Source: Nitrospirota bacterium
Lineage (GTDB): Bacteria > Nitrospirota > UBA9217
Direction of reading: 5' to 3'
Assembly (NCBI GenBank): GCA_963754875.1
Contig: CAVWHO010000017.1
Span: forward strand, 1-64,000
DNA length: 64,000 nucleotides
Part shown: one piece after another, positions 53,403 through 64,000 of the stretch
Layout: the number at the start of each line of letters is the position of its first letter
Position numbering within the stretch: the stretch's first letter is position 1
Notes under the pieces: generated by a model
The model's database searches: none
What the model saw: the letters and a program-made list of their open reading frames with translations, nothing else
What the model was told of the DNA's origin: nothing
Position numbers and translations under genes: made by a program

Positions 53403-55052
53403 TTGAGAAGCGACAGAATCAAGAAAGGCTTGGAGCGTGCGCCGCACAGGTCTCTTTTATTCGCTACGGGCATCACGCGAAGCGAACTTGACAAACCCAT
53501 GATCGGCATTGCCACGAGCTGGAATGACCTCATTCCCGGCCACATCGGCATGCGCGACCTGGAGCGCTTCATTGAGAAGGGCGTGCACGCCGGCGGCGGA
53601 TGGCCCCTCTTCTTCGGGGTGCCCGGCATCTGTGACGGTATTGCCATGGGGCACATGGGCATGCACTATTCGCTCGCATCCCGCGAGTTGATCGCGGACA
53701 TGGTGGAGTCCGTGGCAATGGCCCACGCCTTTGACGGGCTCGTGCTGCTCACGAACTGCGACAAGATCACGCCGGGCATGCTCATGGCGGCAGCGCGGAT
53801 CAACATCCCGACCATCGTCGTGACCGCCGGCGCCATGTACTCCGGCAACTACCGCGGCAGCCGAGTTAATCTCATCAGCGCCTTTGAGGCAGTCGGCAAG
53901 GTCAGGAAAGGCGAGATGTCTGAAATCGACCTTGCAGAACTTGAGACCTGTGCCTGCCCGGGCCCCGGTTCGTGCCAGGGCATGTATACGGCGAACACCA
54001 TGGCCTGCGTCACCGAGTCGCTCGGCATGAGTATGCCGGGATGTGCTACGGCGCTGGCCGTTTCGGGCGAGAAGCGGCGGATCGCCTTCGAGAGCGGAAA
54101 ACGCATCAGCGGCATGGTAAAGGAAAATCTTACTCCCCGGAAGATCATGACAAAGAACGCCTTCGAGAACGCCATCCGCATCGACATGGCGCTCGGCGGC
54201 TCGACGAATACGACGCTTCATATTCCGGCAATCGCCCATGAGGCGGGTATCAAATTATCGATCGACACCTTTGACAAGATCAGCCGCACGACACCGCACT
54301 TGTGTAACATGCTGCCCGGCGGTCCTACCTATATGGAGGACCTGTATGCTGCAGGCGGCATACCGGGTGTTTTATCCCGCTTCACCAAGGTACTCAAACC
54401 TTCACCCACGGTGAGCGGCAGATCCATCATCGACCATGCAAAGGCAGGCCGCGTCGGGAACGACGACGTCATCCGGACCTTGAAAAATGCCTACCACAAA
54501 GAGGGCGGGATCGCAGTGCTCTCCGGCAACCTTGCGCCGGACGGCTGCGTAGTAAAGCAGACGGCGGTGAGTGACAAGATGAAAAAGTTCGATGGCACGG
54601 CCGTCGTGTTTGACTCAGAAGAAGAGTCGATGAAGGCCATTCTCGCGAACAAGATCAAAGCTGGTCATGTGATCGTGATCCGGTATGAAGGGCCCAAGGG
54701 CGGGCCGGGCATGCGTGAGATGCTCTCTCCCACGTCGGCCATTTCCGGCATGGGGCTGGGAGAATCCGTTGTTCTTTTGACCGACGGCAGGTTCTCGGGC
54801 GGAACGCGCGGCCCGTGCATCGGCCACATCTCGCCCGAGGCGGCGGAGGGCGGGCCGATCGCAATCGTGCGGAACGGGGACAGGATCATCCTCGACATCC
54901 CGAACCGCAAATTGGAACTCAAGCTTACCGGTGCCGAGATCAAAAAGCGGCTCGCGAAGTGGAAGCCACGGGACCCGAAGATCAAGACCGGATGGCTTGC
55001 GCGGTACGCCAGGGTCGTAACCTCGGCAAATACCGGGGCTATCGTTAAATAA
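53403..55052 (+). CDS. ilvD: Dihydroxy-acid dehydratase
   Basis: [39 protein letters not shown] start after GAGGAG. Confidence 0.97.
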   Translation: MRSDRIKKGLERAPHRSLLFATGITRSELDKPMIGIATSWNDLIPGHIGMRDLERFIEKGVHAGGGWPLFFGVPGICDGIAMGHMGMHYSLASRELIADMVESVAMAHAFDGLVLLTNCDKITPGMLMAAARINIPTIVVTAGAMYSGNYRGSRVNLISAFEAVGKVRKGEMSEIDLAELETCACPGPGSCQGMYTANTMACVTESLGMSMPGCATALAVSGEKRRIAFESGKRISGMVKENLTPRKIMTKNAFENAIRIDMALGGSTNTTLHIPAIAHEAGIKLSIDTFDKISRTTPHLCNMLPGGPTYMEDLYAAGGIPGVLSRFTKVLKPSPTVSGRSIIDHAKAGRVGNDDVIRTLKNAYHKEGGIAVLSGNLAPDGCVVKQTAVSDKMKKFDGTAVVFDSEEESMKAILANKIKAGHVIVIRYEGPKGGPGMREMLSPTSAISGMGLGESVVLLTDGRFSGGTRGPCIGHISPEAAEGGPIAIVRNGDRIILDIPNRKLELKLTGAEIKKRLAKWKPRDPKIKTGWLARYARVVTSANTGAIVK

Positions 55053-55180
55053 ACAAGCGCTAAGCAGCCAGCCCCAATCCAAGATAAGTTGCACGTTCCA
55101 ACGGTCAAACTCCAAGCGTTTCGGAAATTGGCGCTTTGAATTTGGATTGTGATTTGGTATTTAAACATTTGGAATTTCAC
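55053..55180. repeat. Degenerate short-period inverted repeat element (CCAA... / ...TTGG)
   Basis: Left TCCAA units; right units atttgga/atttggt/atttggaattt. Confidence 0.5.
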
Positions 55181-55204
55181 GAACACGAGAACAATAGGTG
55201 ACTC

Positions 55205-56944
55205 ATGTCGAATAAAGAGATAACCGGTGCTGAAATCCTTCTTGAATGTCTGAAGAAGGAAAAAGTCGATACGCTCTTCTGCTATCCCGGCGGCGTGGTG
55301 CTCAAGATATTCGATGTGCTCTACGACCAAAAGGACGTTCGCATGATCCTGCCGCGGCACGAGCAGGGCGGTGTCCACATGGCCGACGGCTACGCGCGTT
55401 CCACTGGCAAGGTCGGTGTGGCCCTCGTGACGTCGGGTCCCGGCGCCACCAATGTTGTCACGGCCCTTGCCACGGCGTATATGGATTCCATCCCGCTCGT
55501 CGTATTTACCGGCCAGGTGCCGACGGCCCTCATCGGCAACGACGCGTTCCAGGAGGCGGACATCGTGGGCATCACCCGTCCCTGCACGAAGTATAACATT
55601 CTCGTGAAGGACGTGAAGGAGCTTGCCCAGAACATTAAGGAGGCCTTTTACCTCGCCTCGACAGGCCGTCCCGGCCCGGTGCTCGTTGACCTTCCGCGCG
55701 ACGTGGTGACGAACAAGGCGGAGTTCCACTATCCCGACAAGGTCGAGATCAGGAGCTATAATCCCACCGTTTACGGGAACAAGTGGCAGATAAAGCAGGC
55801 GGCCGAGGCGATCGCCAAAGCAAAGAAACCCGTCGCCTATATCGGCGGCGGTGTTATTCTCTCGAATGCCGCTTCGGAAGTCCTCGAGTTTGCCGAGATC
55901 ACGAAAATCCCGGTGACCCACACCCTGATGGGCATCGGTGGCTTCCCCGGCACCCATCCGCTGTCGCTCGGCATGCTCGGCATGCACGGTACCTATTATG
56001 CGAATATGTCAATCCACAACTCAGACCTCATTGTCGCCATCGGCGCGCGGTTTGACGACCGCGTGACGGGTAAAGTGGAGGGGTTTGCGCCTGAGGCCAA
56101 GATCATCCATATTGACGTTGACCCGACGTCAATCAGGAAAAACGTGCGCGTGGACATCCCGATCGTGGGCGACGTAAAGCATGTGCTGGTGGAACTCAAC
56201 AAGGAACTCCATCACATCAAAGAGCCCTGGGAGGCTATCCGGAAGAGCTGGCTCAAACAGATCGAAGCCTGGCGCGAAGAGCGTCCGCTTACTTACGTGT
56301 ATGAAGATGACGTCATCAAGCCGCAGTTCGTGGTCCAGAAACTCTACGAGATCACGCATGGCGACGCGATCATCGTGACCGATGTGGGCCAGCACCAGAT
56401 GTGGGCCGCGCAGTACTACAAGTTCGACAAGCCCCGGAACTGGTGCACCTCCGGCGGCCTCGGGACCATGGGGTATGGGTTCCCGGCTGCGATCGGCGCC
56501 AAGGTCGCCCATCCCGACCGGGAGGTATTCAGCATCTCGGGTGACGGAAGCATCCAGATGAACATCCAGGAGCTTGCAACGTCGGTGGAAAACAATATTC
56601 CGGTGAAAGTGGTGATCCTGAACAACCGCTACCTCGGCATGGTACGGCAGTGGCAGGAGCTGTTCTACTCTGAGCGCTACTCGTCGGTTGATCTCGGGAG
56701 CACGCCGGATTTCGTTAAGCTTGCCGAGGCGTATGGTGCGATCGGTTTGCGGGCGGTCAAGCCCACAGAAGTGGAGCCGGTTCTCAAAGAGGCGCTTAAG
56801 GCTAAGAGGACGGTGTTCATGGACTTTGTGACCGCACGGTACGAGAAGGTCTTCCCCATGGTGCCGGCAGGCGCGGCAATTCACGAGATGATTTTCGGCG
56901 AGGAAAAGAAAAAGGAAGACAAAAAACTCAGAGTCGTGAAATAA
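55205..56944 (+). CDS. ilvB: Acetolactate synthase large subunit
   Basis: [24 protein letters not shown]. Confidence 0.97.
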   Translation: MSNKEITGAEILLECLKKEKVDTLFCYPGGVVLKIFDVLYDQKDVRMILPRHEQGGVHMADGYARSTGKVGVALVTSGPGATNVVTALATAYMDSIPLVVFTGQVPTALIGNDAFQEADIVGITRPCTKYNILVKDVKELAQNIKEAFYLASTGRPGPVLVDLPRDVVTNKAEFHYPDKVEIRSYNPTVYGNKWQIKQAAEAIAKAKKPVAYIGGGVILSNAASEVLEFAEITKIPVTHTLMGIGGFPGTHPLSLGMLGMHGTYYANMSIHNSDLIVAIGARFDDRVTGKVEGFAPEAKIIHIDVDPTSIRKNVRVDIPIVGDVKHVLVELNKELHHIKEPWEAIRKSWLKQIEAWREERPLTYVYEDDVIKPQFVVQKLYEITHGDAIIVTDVGQHQMWAAQYYKFDKPRNWCTSGGLGTMGYGFPAAIGAKVAHPDREVFSISGDGSIQMNIQELATSVENNIPVKVVILNNRYLGMVRQWQELFYSERYSSVDLGSTPDFVKLAEAYGAIGLRAVKPTEVEPVLKEALKAKRTVFMDFVTARYEKVFPMVPAGAAIHEMIFGEEKKKEDKKLRVVK

Positions 56945-57042
56945 ACAGCACAAAATTGTATCTGAGCTGTTGCACACGATTAACATGCAGGGGATTTTTT
57001 TAAGCCGCATTAAAATCCGTGGTTAACAACAAGGATGATCTC

Positions 57043-57516
57043 ATGAGACACATCATATCCGTACTGGTTGAAAATAAATTTGGCGTGTTGTCGCGCGTAT
57101 CGGGGCTGTTCAGCGGCAGGGGGTTCAACATCGAGACCATTTCTATCGGCCCTACGCTCGATCCCACGATCTCCCAGATGACGATCGTGACCACGGGCGA
57201 CGAACGCATTCTTGAACAGATCCTCAAACAGCTGAACAAACTGATCGACGTCATCAAAGTAACGGACCTGGCGGAAAAAGAATTCGTCGAGCGTGAAATG
57301 TGCCTTATTAAGGTCAATGCGCCGGCGGAGCACCGGGCAGAGGCGCTCAGGATCGCCGACATCTTCCGCGCCCGGGTCGTCGATTCCTCACAGAAGAGCT
57401 ATACGTTCCAGGTAACGGGCGACGAGAAGAAAATCATGGCGATCATCGAGCTGCTTCGTCCCATCGGAATCAAGGAAATTGTTCGTACCGGCAAGGTAGC
57501 GATAACCAGAGAATGA
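57043..57516 (+). CDS. ilvN: Acetolactate synthase small subunit
   Basis: [22 protein letters not shown] domain. Confidence 0.96.
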   Translation: MRHIISVLVENKFGVLSRVSGLFSGRGFNIETISIGPTLDPTISQMTIVTTGDERILEQILKQLNKLIDVIKVTDLAEKEFVEREMCLIKVNAPAEHRAEALRIADIFRARVVDSSQKSYTFQVTGDEKKIMAIIELLRPIGIKEIVRTGKVAITRE

Positions 57517-58190
57517 TTGAGGTCAACGGAATGAGAATAACGGACTGGACAGGGAAGACGCGTTATGCAATGGGATGGGTGATCTCGGTGCTCATGGTGA
57601 TTGTGCTTTTCTCCGGATGCGCAGAGAAGGGGCCCATCCTGCTCAATATCGGATATCAGCCCGCGGAAGGCAAGGCTGTCACGGCAAGGAACGTCGTTGT
57701 CGGCCTCAGCCCGTTCAAGGACACCCGCGGTACAGCCACATCGGTCATCGGCACAAGAACGATTCCGAGCGGCATGCAGAACGATTTGGTCGTGCAGGGA
57801 ACGGTATCGGACGTGGTCACAACCGCGCTTAAGGCTGCACTCAAGGAACATGGCCTGGTCGTAAAAGATGTTCCGTCGTGGGACCTTAGTGCAGAGGGGA
57901 TGAAAGCCGAAGGTGCCGAATTGCTGTTCGGCGGCGAGATCAAGACAATGCAGTTGGAGTCGAAGGCCACATCGTTAAAAACAAACCTGACCACTTCCGT
58001 CCAGATTAAGATCGTTGTCGGTGACATTGCCGCAAAGAAGATCATCAGGACGCTCGACGTGCAAAGCAAGATTGAACAGGAAATCCTCTATTCCCGCGAT
58101 AAACTGCAGAGCGCACTTTCCGAAGCTTTGACATCGGCGCTTGATCAGATTTTTCAAGATGACGTGCTGAGCAAGCGGCTCCAGAATTGA
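57513..58190 (+). CDS. Hypothetical lipoprotein (YajG-like; start uncertain)
   Basis: Lipobox FSGC; PFKDTR motif. Confidence 0.65.
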   Translation: MIEVNGMRITDWTGKTRYAMGWVISVLMVIVLFSGCAEKGPILLNIGYQPAEGKAVTARNVVVGLSPFKDTRGTATSVIGTRTIPSGMQNDLVVQGTVSDVVTTALKAALKEHGLVVKDVPSWDLSAEGMKAEGAELLFGGEIKTMQLESKATSLKTNLTTSVQIKIVVGDIAAKKIIRTLDVQSKIEQEILYSRDKLQSALSEALTSALDQIFQDDVLSKRLQN

Positions 58191-58309
58191 CAGGGGACGT
58201 TATCGCCGGCTTAAATAACGCCAGTCATTGTTTCAGGCCTTGACGACTTCGTTCATGCCCGGCACAAACCTGCACAACCGGCCACGCTACCAGGCCGGAG
58301 AACTGATAA

Positions 58310-59371
<1,062 letters not shown>

Positions 59372-59381
59372 GAAAATCCGT

Positions 59382-59497
59382 CACAGAGACGCAGAGGCAC
59401 AGAGGACAGTCACAAACGCGGGGATGCTGAAAAAAACTTCGGATGTGCACCTGTTGAATTCATGTTCTGATTTTCTCTGCGTATCCGTGCCTCCGTG
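59382..59497. repeat. Inverted repeat built from 8-nt units (CACAGAGR ... YCTCYGTG)
   Basis: CACAGAGACGCAGAGGCACAGAG pairs imperfectly with CTCTGCGTATCCGTGCCTCCGTG. Confidence 0.7.
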
Positions 59498-59515
59498 GCT
59501 AAAGGGTTTGATCTC

Positions 59516-60160
59516 ATGATGAAAAACTATGGAATACCGGTCGCCTCCGAGGGTTGGCCGTTTATCATCCCCCTGGCTGTCGTTACCGCGTTACTGTTCG
59601 CGCTTGGCTGGAAGAACACCGGCGTCGTAACGCTCGTGCTCACGCTGTTCGTTCTGTTCTTTTTCCGTGATCCCGAACGTCAGGTTCCTGGGGGAAAGGG
59701 CGTCGTGGTTTCACCGGCAGACGGCAAGGTGATCGTTATCAAGGACATTTACGAACCGACGTATTTGAAACAGGACGTGAAGCAAATCAGCATCTTTCTC
59801 TCGGTCTTCAACGTGCACGTGAACCGCGCTCCTGTCGAGGGCACGGTCGAACTCGTGAAATATAATCCCGGCAAATTCCATGTTGCCTCGGTCGAGAAAG
59901 CATCGCTCGACAACGAGCAGACCGCGATGGTCATTGCGAACGGAAAAGACAAGGTGCTTGTAAAACAGATCGCCGGGCTTATCGCGCGGCGCATAGTTTG
60001 CTATGCAAAGGCCGGAGATGCCATCAGAAGAGGCGAACGCTATGGTTTGATCCGCTTCGGCTCGCGAACAGACATTTTTCTCCCCAAAGACGCGGAGATT
60101 AAGGTGAAGCTGGGTGACCGCGTCAAGGGAGCACGGGACATCATCGGGGTGCTGAAATGA
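59516..60160 (+). CDS. psd: Phosphatidylserine decarboxylase proenzyme
   Basis: FFRDP, SPADG, VHVNRAP, RFGS cleavage motif. Confidence 0.95.
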   Translation: MMKNYGIPVASEGWPFIIPLAVVTALLFALGWKNTGVVTLVLTLFVLFFFRDPERQVPGGKGVVVSPADGKVIVIKDIYEPTYLKQDVKQISIFLSVFNVHVNRAPVEGTVELVKYNPGKFHVASVEKASLDNEQTAMVIANGKDKVLVKQIAGLIARRIVCYAKAGDAIRRGERYGLIRFGSRTDIFLPKDAEIKVKLGDRVKGARDIIGVLK

Positions 60161-60906
60161 AAAAGGGGATCTATGTCCTCCCAAACCTCATCACGCTTTC
60201 AAGCATGTTTGCCGGGTTCTATTCCATCATTGCCTCGCTGAACTCGGATTATGAGATGGCTGCCTGGGCCATTATGATCGCGTCCGTCTTCGACGTGCTT
60301 GACGGCTGGGTTGCGAGGATGACGCACACTGCAACGCGCTTCGGCATCGAGATCGATTCTCTCGCAGACGTCATTTCATTTGGTGTGGCCCCTGGCGTTC
60401 TCGTGTACACCTGGACACTGTCGTCCTTCGGCCGTGTCGGCTGGCTTGGTTCATTCTTTCTCGTCGCCTGCGCCGCCTTGCGTCTCGCACGGTTCAATGT
60501 GCAAATGGGCGGTGCCGAGAAGAAGCATTTTACCGGTCTGCCCACGCCTGCCTCGGCGATTGTGATCGCGACGACCGTCGTTGCGTACGATGGGATCATC
60601 GAAATCCTTGAACACTTGAAGCTCGTTTGGCTCGCCGACGCAGTGGGGAAGGACTACTGGGTGCTTGCGATGACGTTCCTGCTGGCAGGACTGATGGTTA
60701 GCAATATTACCTATCACGGCCTCAAGGAGGCAAACCTGAAGGAACGCCGTCCCTTCGGTCTTTTGGTCCTTATTGCGGCGTTTCTTGCAGTCGTGGCATA
60801 CCATCCCGCGCTTGTCCTGTTCCTGGTTTCGGTCTCTTACGTCGCTGTCGGCATAGTAGAGGCGCTCTATAAACTGACAAAAAGACGGAAGCCGGTCGCT
60901 GCCTAG
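60157..60906 (+). CDS. pssA: CDP-diacylglycerol--serine O-phosphatidyltransferase
   Basis: DVLDGWVAR...DSLADVISFG; RLARFN. Confidence 0.95.
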   Translation: MKKGIYVLPNLITLSSMFAGFYSIIASLNSDYEMAAWAIMIASVFDVLDGWVARMTHTATRFGIEIDSLADVISFGVAPGVLVYTWTLSSFGRVGWLGSFFLVACAALRLARFNVQMGGAEKKHFTGLPTPASAIVIATTVVAYDGIIEILEHLKLVWLADAVGKDYWVLAMTFLLAGLMVSNITYHGLKEANLKERRPFGLLVLIAAFLAVVAYHPALVLFLVSVSYVAVGIVEALYKLTKRRKPVAA

Positions 60907-61029
60907 ACTGACTGTTTAAAATTGGGAATGACGGTATACACGCAAGAGGGGAGAGCGGTTGTCCGCCTCTTTTTCTCTTTATGCGACCTGCATCCGGTGT
61001 TCTGACCCGGGTCTGGCAGGGAGGAACCT

Positions 61030-62562
61030 ATGAGTGCCATCATAAAAATATTCGATACCACGCTCCGCGACGGGGAGCAGTCCCCGGGCGCGAGCATGAA
61101 TACGGCGGAAAAGCTGGAGATTGCGAGACAGCTGGTTCGTCTGGGAGTCGATGTAATCGAGGCTGGATTTCCCATATCAAGCCCCGGCGATTTCGAGAGT
61201 GTCCGGAAAATCGGCGAGGAAGTGGGGGATGCGGTTGTCGTCTGCGGCCTTTCCCGGGCTATCGCAAAAGACATCGAGGTTGCCGCAGACGCGCTGAAAA
61301 CGGCGAAACGCCCCCGCATCCATACAGGGATCGGTGTGTCCGAGAGCCACCTGCAGCATAAGCTGCGCATCAGCCGCGAAGAAGCACTGGAACGGGCCGC
61401 TGCCGCTGTCAAACATGCGCGCACCTTCGTCGGGGACGTCGAATTTTACGCCGAGGACGCGGGCAGGGCCGAGCCAGCGTTTCTCTACCGCATGGTCGAG
61501 ACGGTGATCAAGGCCGGAGCGACCGTCGTGAATATTCCCGATACGACGGGCTATACTTATCCGGAGGAGTTCGGCTCGCTCATCAAGGGCATCCGGGAGC
61601 ACGTGCCTGGTGTCGAGAAGATCACCCTTTCCGTGCATTGCCACAACGACCTCGGGATGGCCACGGCGAACGCACTGGCCGGCGTAAAAAACGGCGCAGG
61701 GCAGGTCGAGTGTACGATCAACGGCATCGGCGAACGCGCCGGCAACACCGCAATGGAGGAAGTCGTGATGGCCCTTCGCCAGCGTTCCGCCTATTTCGGC
61801 GCTGATACAAACATCAATACGAGGGAAATCATCCGCGCGTCTCGGCTGGTGTCATCCATTACCGGCATTGTTATCCAGCCCAACAAAGCAATCGTCGGTG
61901 CAAATGCCTTTGCCCACTCCTCGGGGATCCACCAGGATGGCGTCCTCAAGGAGCGCTCTACCTATGAAATCATCGATCCGGCGGAAGTAGGCGCGGGCGG
62001 CTCCTCGATCGTTCTGACGGCCCGTTCCGGCCGGCACGCGCTGCGCCATCGGATCGCCGAGCTCGGAAACGAGCTGCCTGACGCCGAGTTCGAGAAGGTC
62101 TATGAAGCATTCCTCGTCCTCGCAGACAAAAAGAAGGAAGTCTTTGATGAAGACATCGAGGCCCTTATTTCCGACAAGGTAAAGCATATTGCCGAGGTGT
62201 ACGTGCTGAAAAGCCTCCGGGCCGAAAGCGGCACGGGCGTGACGCCCACGGCAACCGTGGAAATGGAAGTAAACGGCAAAACGGTGAAACAGACAGGACA
62301 GGGTGACGGGCCCGTGGATGCCGTGTACCGGACTATTGTGGCTATGACAGGCACGAAAAGCAAGCTCGATGCCTATCTCGTCAAGGGAATTACCGGCGGC
62401 ACCGACGCTCTGGGCGAGGTGACCGTCAAGGTCGAAGAGGGTGGTAAGAAAGTAGCAGGCCACGGCGCGGACACCGACATCATCGTGGCCAGCGCCCGGG
62501 CTTACGTCAATGCCTTGAACAAGCTGGAGTTCTGGAAAAAGGGCAAGTCAAAAAACAGTTGA
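61030..62562 (+). CDS. leuA: 2-isopropylmalate synthase
   Basis: [22 protein letters not shown]; regulatory domain GDGPVDA. Confidence 0.96.
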   Translation: MSAIIKIFDTTLRDGEQSPGASMNTAEKLEIARQLVRLGVDVIEAGFPISSPGDFESVRKIGEEVGDAVVVCGLSRAIAKDIEVAADALKTAKRPRIHTGIGVSESHLQHKLRISREEALERAAAAVKHARTFVGDVEFYAEDAGRAEPAFLYRMVETVIKAGATVVNIPDTTGYTYPEEFGSLIKGIREHVPGVEKITLSVHCHNDLGMATANALAGVKNGAGQVECTINGIGERAGNTAMEEVVMALRQRSAYFGADTNINTREIIRASRLVSSITGIVIQPNKAIVGANAFAHSSGIHQDGVLKERSTYEIIDPAEVGAGGSSIVLTARSGRHALRHRIAELGNELPDAEFEKVYEAFLVLADKKKEVFDEDIEALISDKVKHIAEVYVLKSLRAESGTGVTPTATVEMEVNGKTVKQTGQGDGPVDAVYRTIVAMTGTKSKLDAYLVKGITGGTDALGEVTVKVEEGGKKVAGHGADTDIIVASARAYVNALNKLEFWKKGKSKNS

Positions 62563-62596
62563 ATCCGCTGAAGGGATATTGTATATTTTTCACACT

Positions 62597-63856
62597 ATGA
62601 TGACCATTACTGAAAAGATACTTGCCGCTCATTGCGGCAAAAAAGAGGTCGTTCCGGGCGAACTGATCAATGCAAAACTCGATCTGGTGCTCGCGAACGA
62701 TATCACCGCGCCGATCTCGATCAAGGAGTATCGTGCTGCGGGCGCAAAAAAAGTGTTCGATCCCGACCGGATCGCGCTCATTCCCGACCACTTCGCGCCG
62801 AATAAGGACATTGCCTCAGCCGAACAGTGCGCCATGCTCCGCCAGTTCTCCCACGAGAACGATCTGTCGCTCTACTTCGAGGTCGGCAGGATGGGCGTTG
62901 AGCATGCGCTCCTTCCGGAACAGGGGATCGTGGTCCCCGGCGACGTGGTGATCGGTGCGGACAGCCACACGTGCACGTACGGCGGTCTGGGAGCGTTCTC
63001 GACGGGCGTCGGCAGCACCGACGTTGCCGCTGCGATGATCACGGGCGAGGCCTGGTTCAAGGTGCCCGAGAGCATGAAGTTCATCTTCAAGGGCAAGCTC
63101 GGCAAGTGGGTTGGGGGCAAGGACATCATCCTCAGGACCATCGGCGACATCGGTGTGGACGGGGCGCTCTACCGGTCCATGGAGTTTACCGGTGAAGTGA
63201 TCCGGAAGCTTCCCATGTCAGGCCGCCTGACCATCTGCAACATGGCTATCGAGGCAGGGGGCAAGAACGGCATCATCGAGCCCGACGAGATCACCGAAAA
63301 ATACGTGTCCAAACGCGCCCGGCGCAAGTACAAGTTCTATAAGAGCGACAAGAAAGCGAACTATGCCGATGTGCGCGAGTACGATCTGACCGGCATGGAG
63401 CCGCAGATCGCCTGCCCGCATTTGCCTGAGAACGTAAAGCCGGTCAGCGAGCTCGCTGCCATCAATATCGACCAGTCGGTTGTCGGATCGTGCACGAACG
63501 GACGGATTGAAGACATGCGCGAGGCTGCCAAGGTGATCAAGGGCCACAAGGTCCATCCCTACGTTCGCATGATCGTGATCCCCGCAACCCAGGCGATCTA
63601 CAAGCAGTGCATCAAGGAAGGCCTGGTCGACGTGTTCATCGATGCAGGCGCGGCATTCAGCACCCCGACCTGTGGGCCCTGCTTAGGCGGTCACATGGGC
63701 ATTCTGGCTGCAGGAGAGCGTGCCATTGCCACCACGAACAGGAACTTCGTTGGCAGGATGGGCAGTCCCAAGAGCGAAGTGTACCTCTCCAGTCCGGCAA
63801 TGGCTGCGGCATCTGCGGTGCTCGGCAGGATCGGAAGACCGGAAGAATTAAAATAA
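62597..63856 (+). CDS. leuC: 3-isopropylmalate dehydratase large subunit
   Basis: [26 protein letters not shown]. Confidence 0.96.
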   Translation: MMTITEKILAAHCGKKEVVPGELINAKLDLVLANDITAPISIKEYRAAGAKKVFDPDRIALIPDHFAPNKDIASAEQCAMLRQFSHENDLSLYFEVGRMGVEHALLPEQGIVVPGDVVIGADSHTCTYGGLGAFSTGVGSTDVAAAMITGEAWFKVPESMKFIFKGKLGKWVGGKDIILRTIGDIGVDGALYRSMEFTGEVIRKLPMSGRLTICNMAIEAGGKNGIIEPDEITEKYVSKRARRKYKFYKSDKKANYADVREYDLTGMEPQIACPHLPENVKPVSELAAINIDQSVVGSCTNGRIEDMREAAKVIKGHKVHPYVRMIVIPATQAIYKQCIKEGLVDVFIDAGAAFSTPTCGPCLGGHMGILAAGERAIATTNRNFVGRMGSPKSEVYLSSPAMAAASAVLGRIGRPEELK

Positions 63857-63864
63857 TAAATCGT

Positions 63865-63894
63865 TCAAACAGTTTAAACGTTTAAGCTGTTTGA
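63865..63894. repeat. 30-bp near-perfect palindrome between leuC and leuD
   Basis: TCAAACAGTTTAAAC|GTTTAAGCTGTTTGA, one mismatch. Confidence 0.65.
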
Positions 63895-63906
63895 GAGAGG
63901 TTCTCA

Positions 63907-64000
63907 ATGAAATTTAACGGTAATGCATGGAAATTCGGAGCTGATGTCGACACGGATGCGATCATCCCGGCACGGTACCTGAATACGTCCGATCCGAAGG
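63907..64000 (+). CDS. leuD: 3-isopropylmalate dehydratase small subunit (3' partial)
   Basis: [25 protein letters not shown]. Confidence 0.93.
   Translation, partial: MKFNGNAWKFGADVDTDAIIPARYLNTSDPK

Noticed and set aside
59516..60906. psd-pssA inside the branched-chain amino acid operon as a novelty
   Set aside because: The ilvC-psd-pssA-leuA order is a known arrangement in several bacterial lineages

Overview
Bacterial chromosomal window of roughly mid GC. Gene content and order suggest an anaerobic Nitrospirota/Desulfobacterota-like diderm; this is inference, not a database result. Bases 1-24000 form a co-oriented accessory metal/sulfur/Fe-S/redox island: FmdE-like protein, TauE exporter, TolC-MFP-RND pump, CDF transporter, minimal Suf (SmsCB-like) pair, ferredoxin, USP, CZB-GGDEF cyclase, porin, a LolD/LolE/LolA-like ABC plus beta-barrel module, ChrA, a decaying ArsR, a duplicated PAS-kinase plus secreted OB-fold module, DUF134, a NifB/NifX-type protein and DsrE. 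The best novel signal is a palindrome, TGTGCATATGCACA, found twice about 30 bp after a TTGACA -35 box; one copy overlaps the DUF134 promoter, so it is a candidate operator for this uncharacterised regulator family. The rest is mostly core genome: pilMNOPQ, der, leuS-lptE-holA, rpsT, murJ, guaB, rluB, tsaB-rimI and ilvD-ilvBN-ilvC-psd-pssA-leuACD. It also holds an rpsU pseudogene, a decayed Ig-like gene and a probably xenologous ilvC. At least 11 single-base indels break genes that include essential ones and are probably sequencing errors. No rRNA, tRNA, CRISPR array or transposase was recognised.
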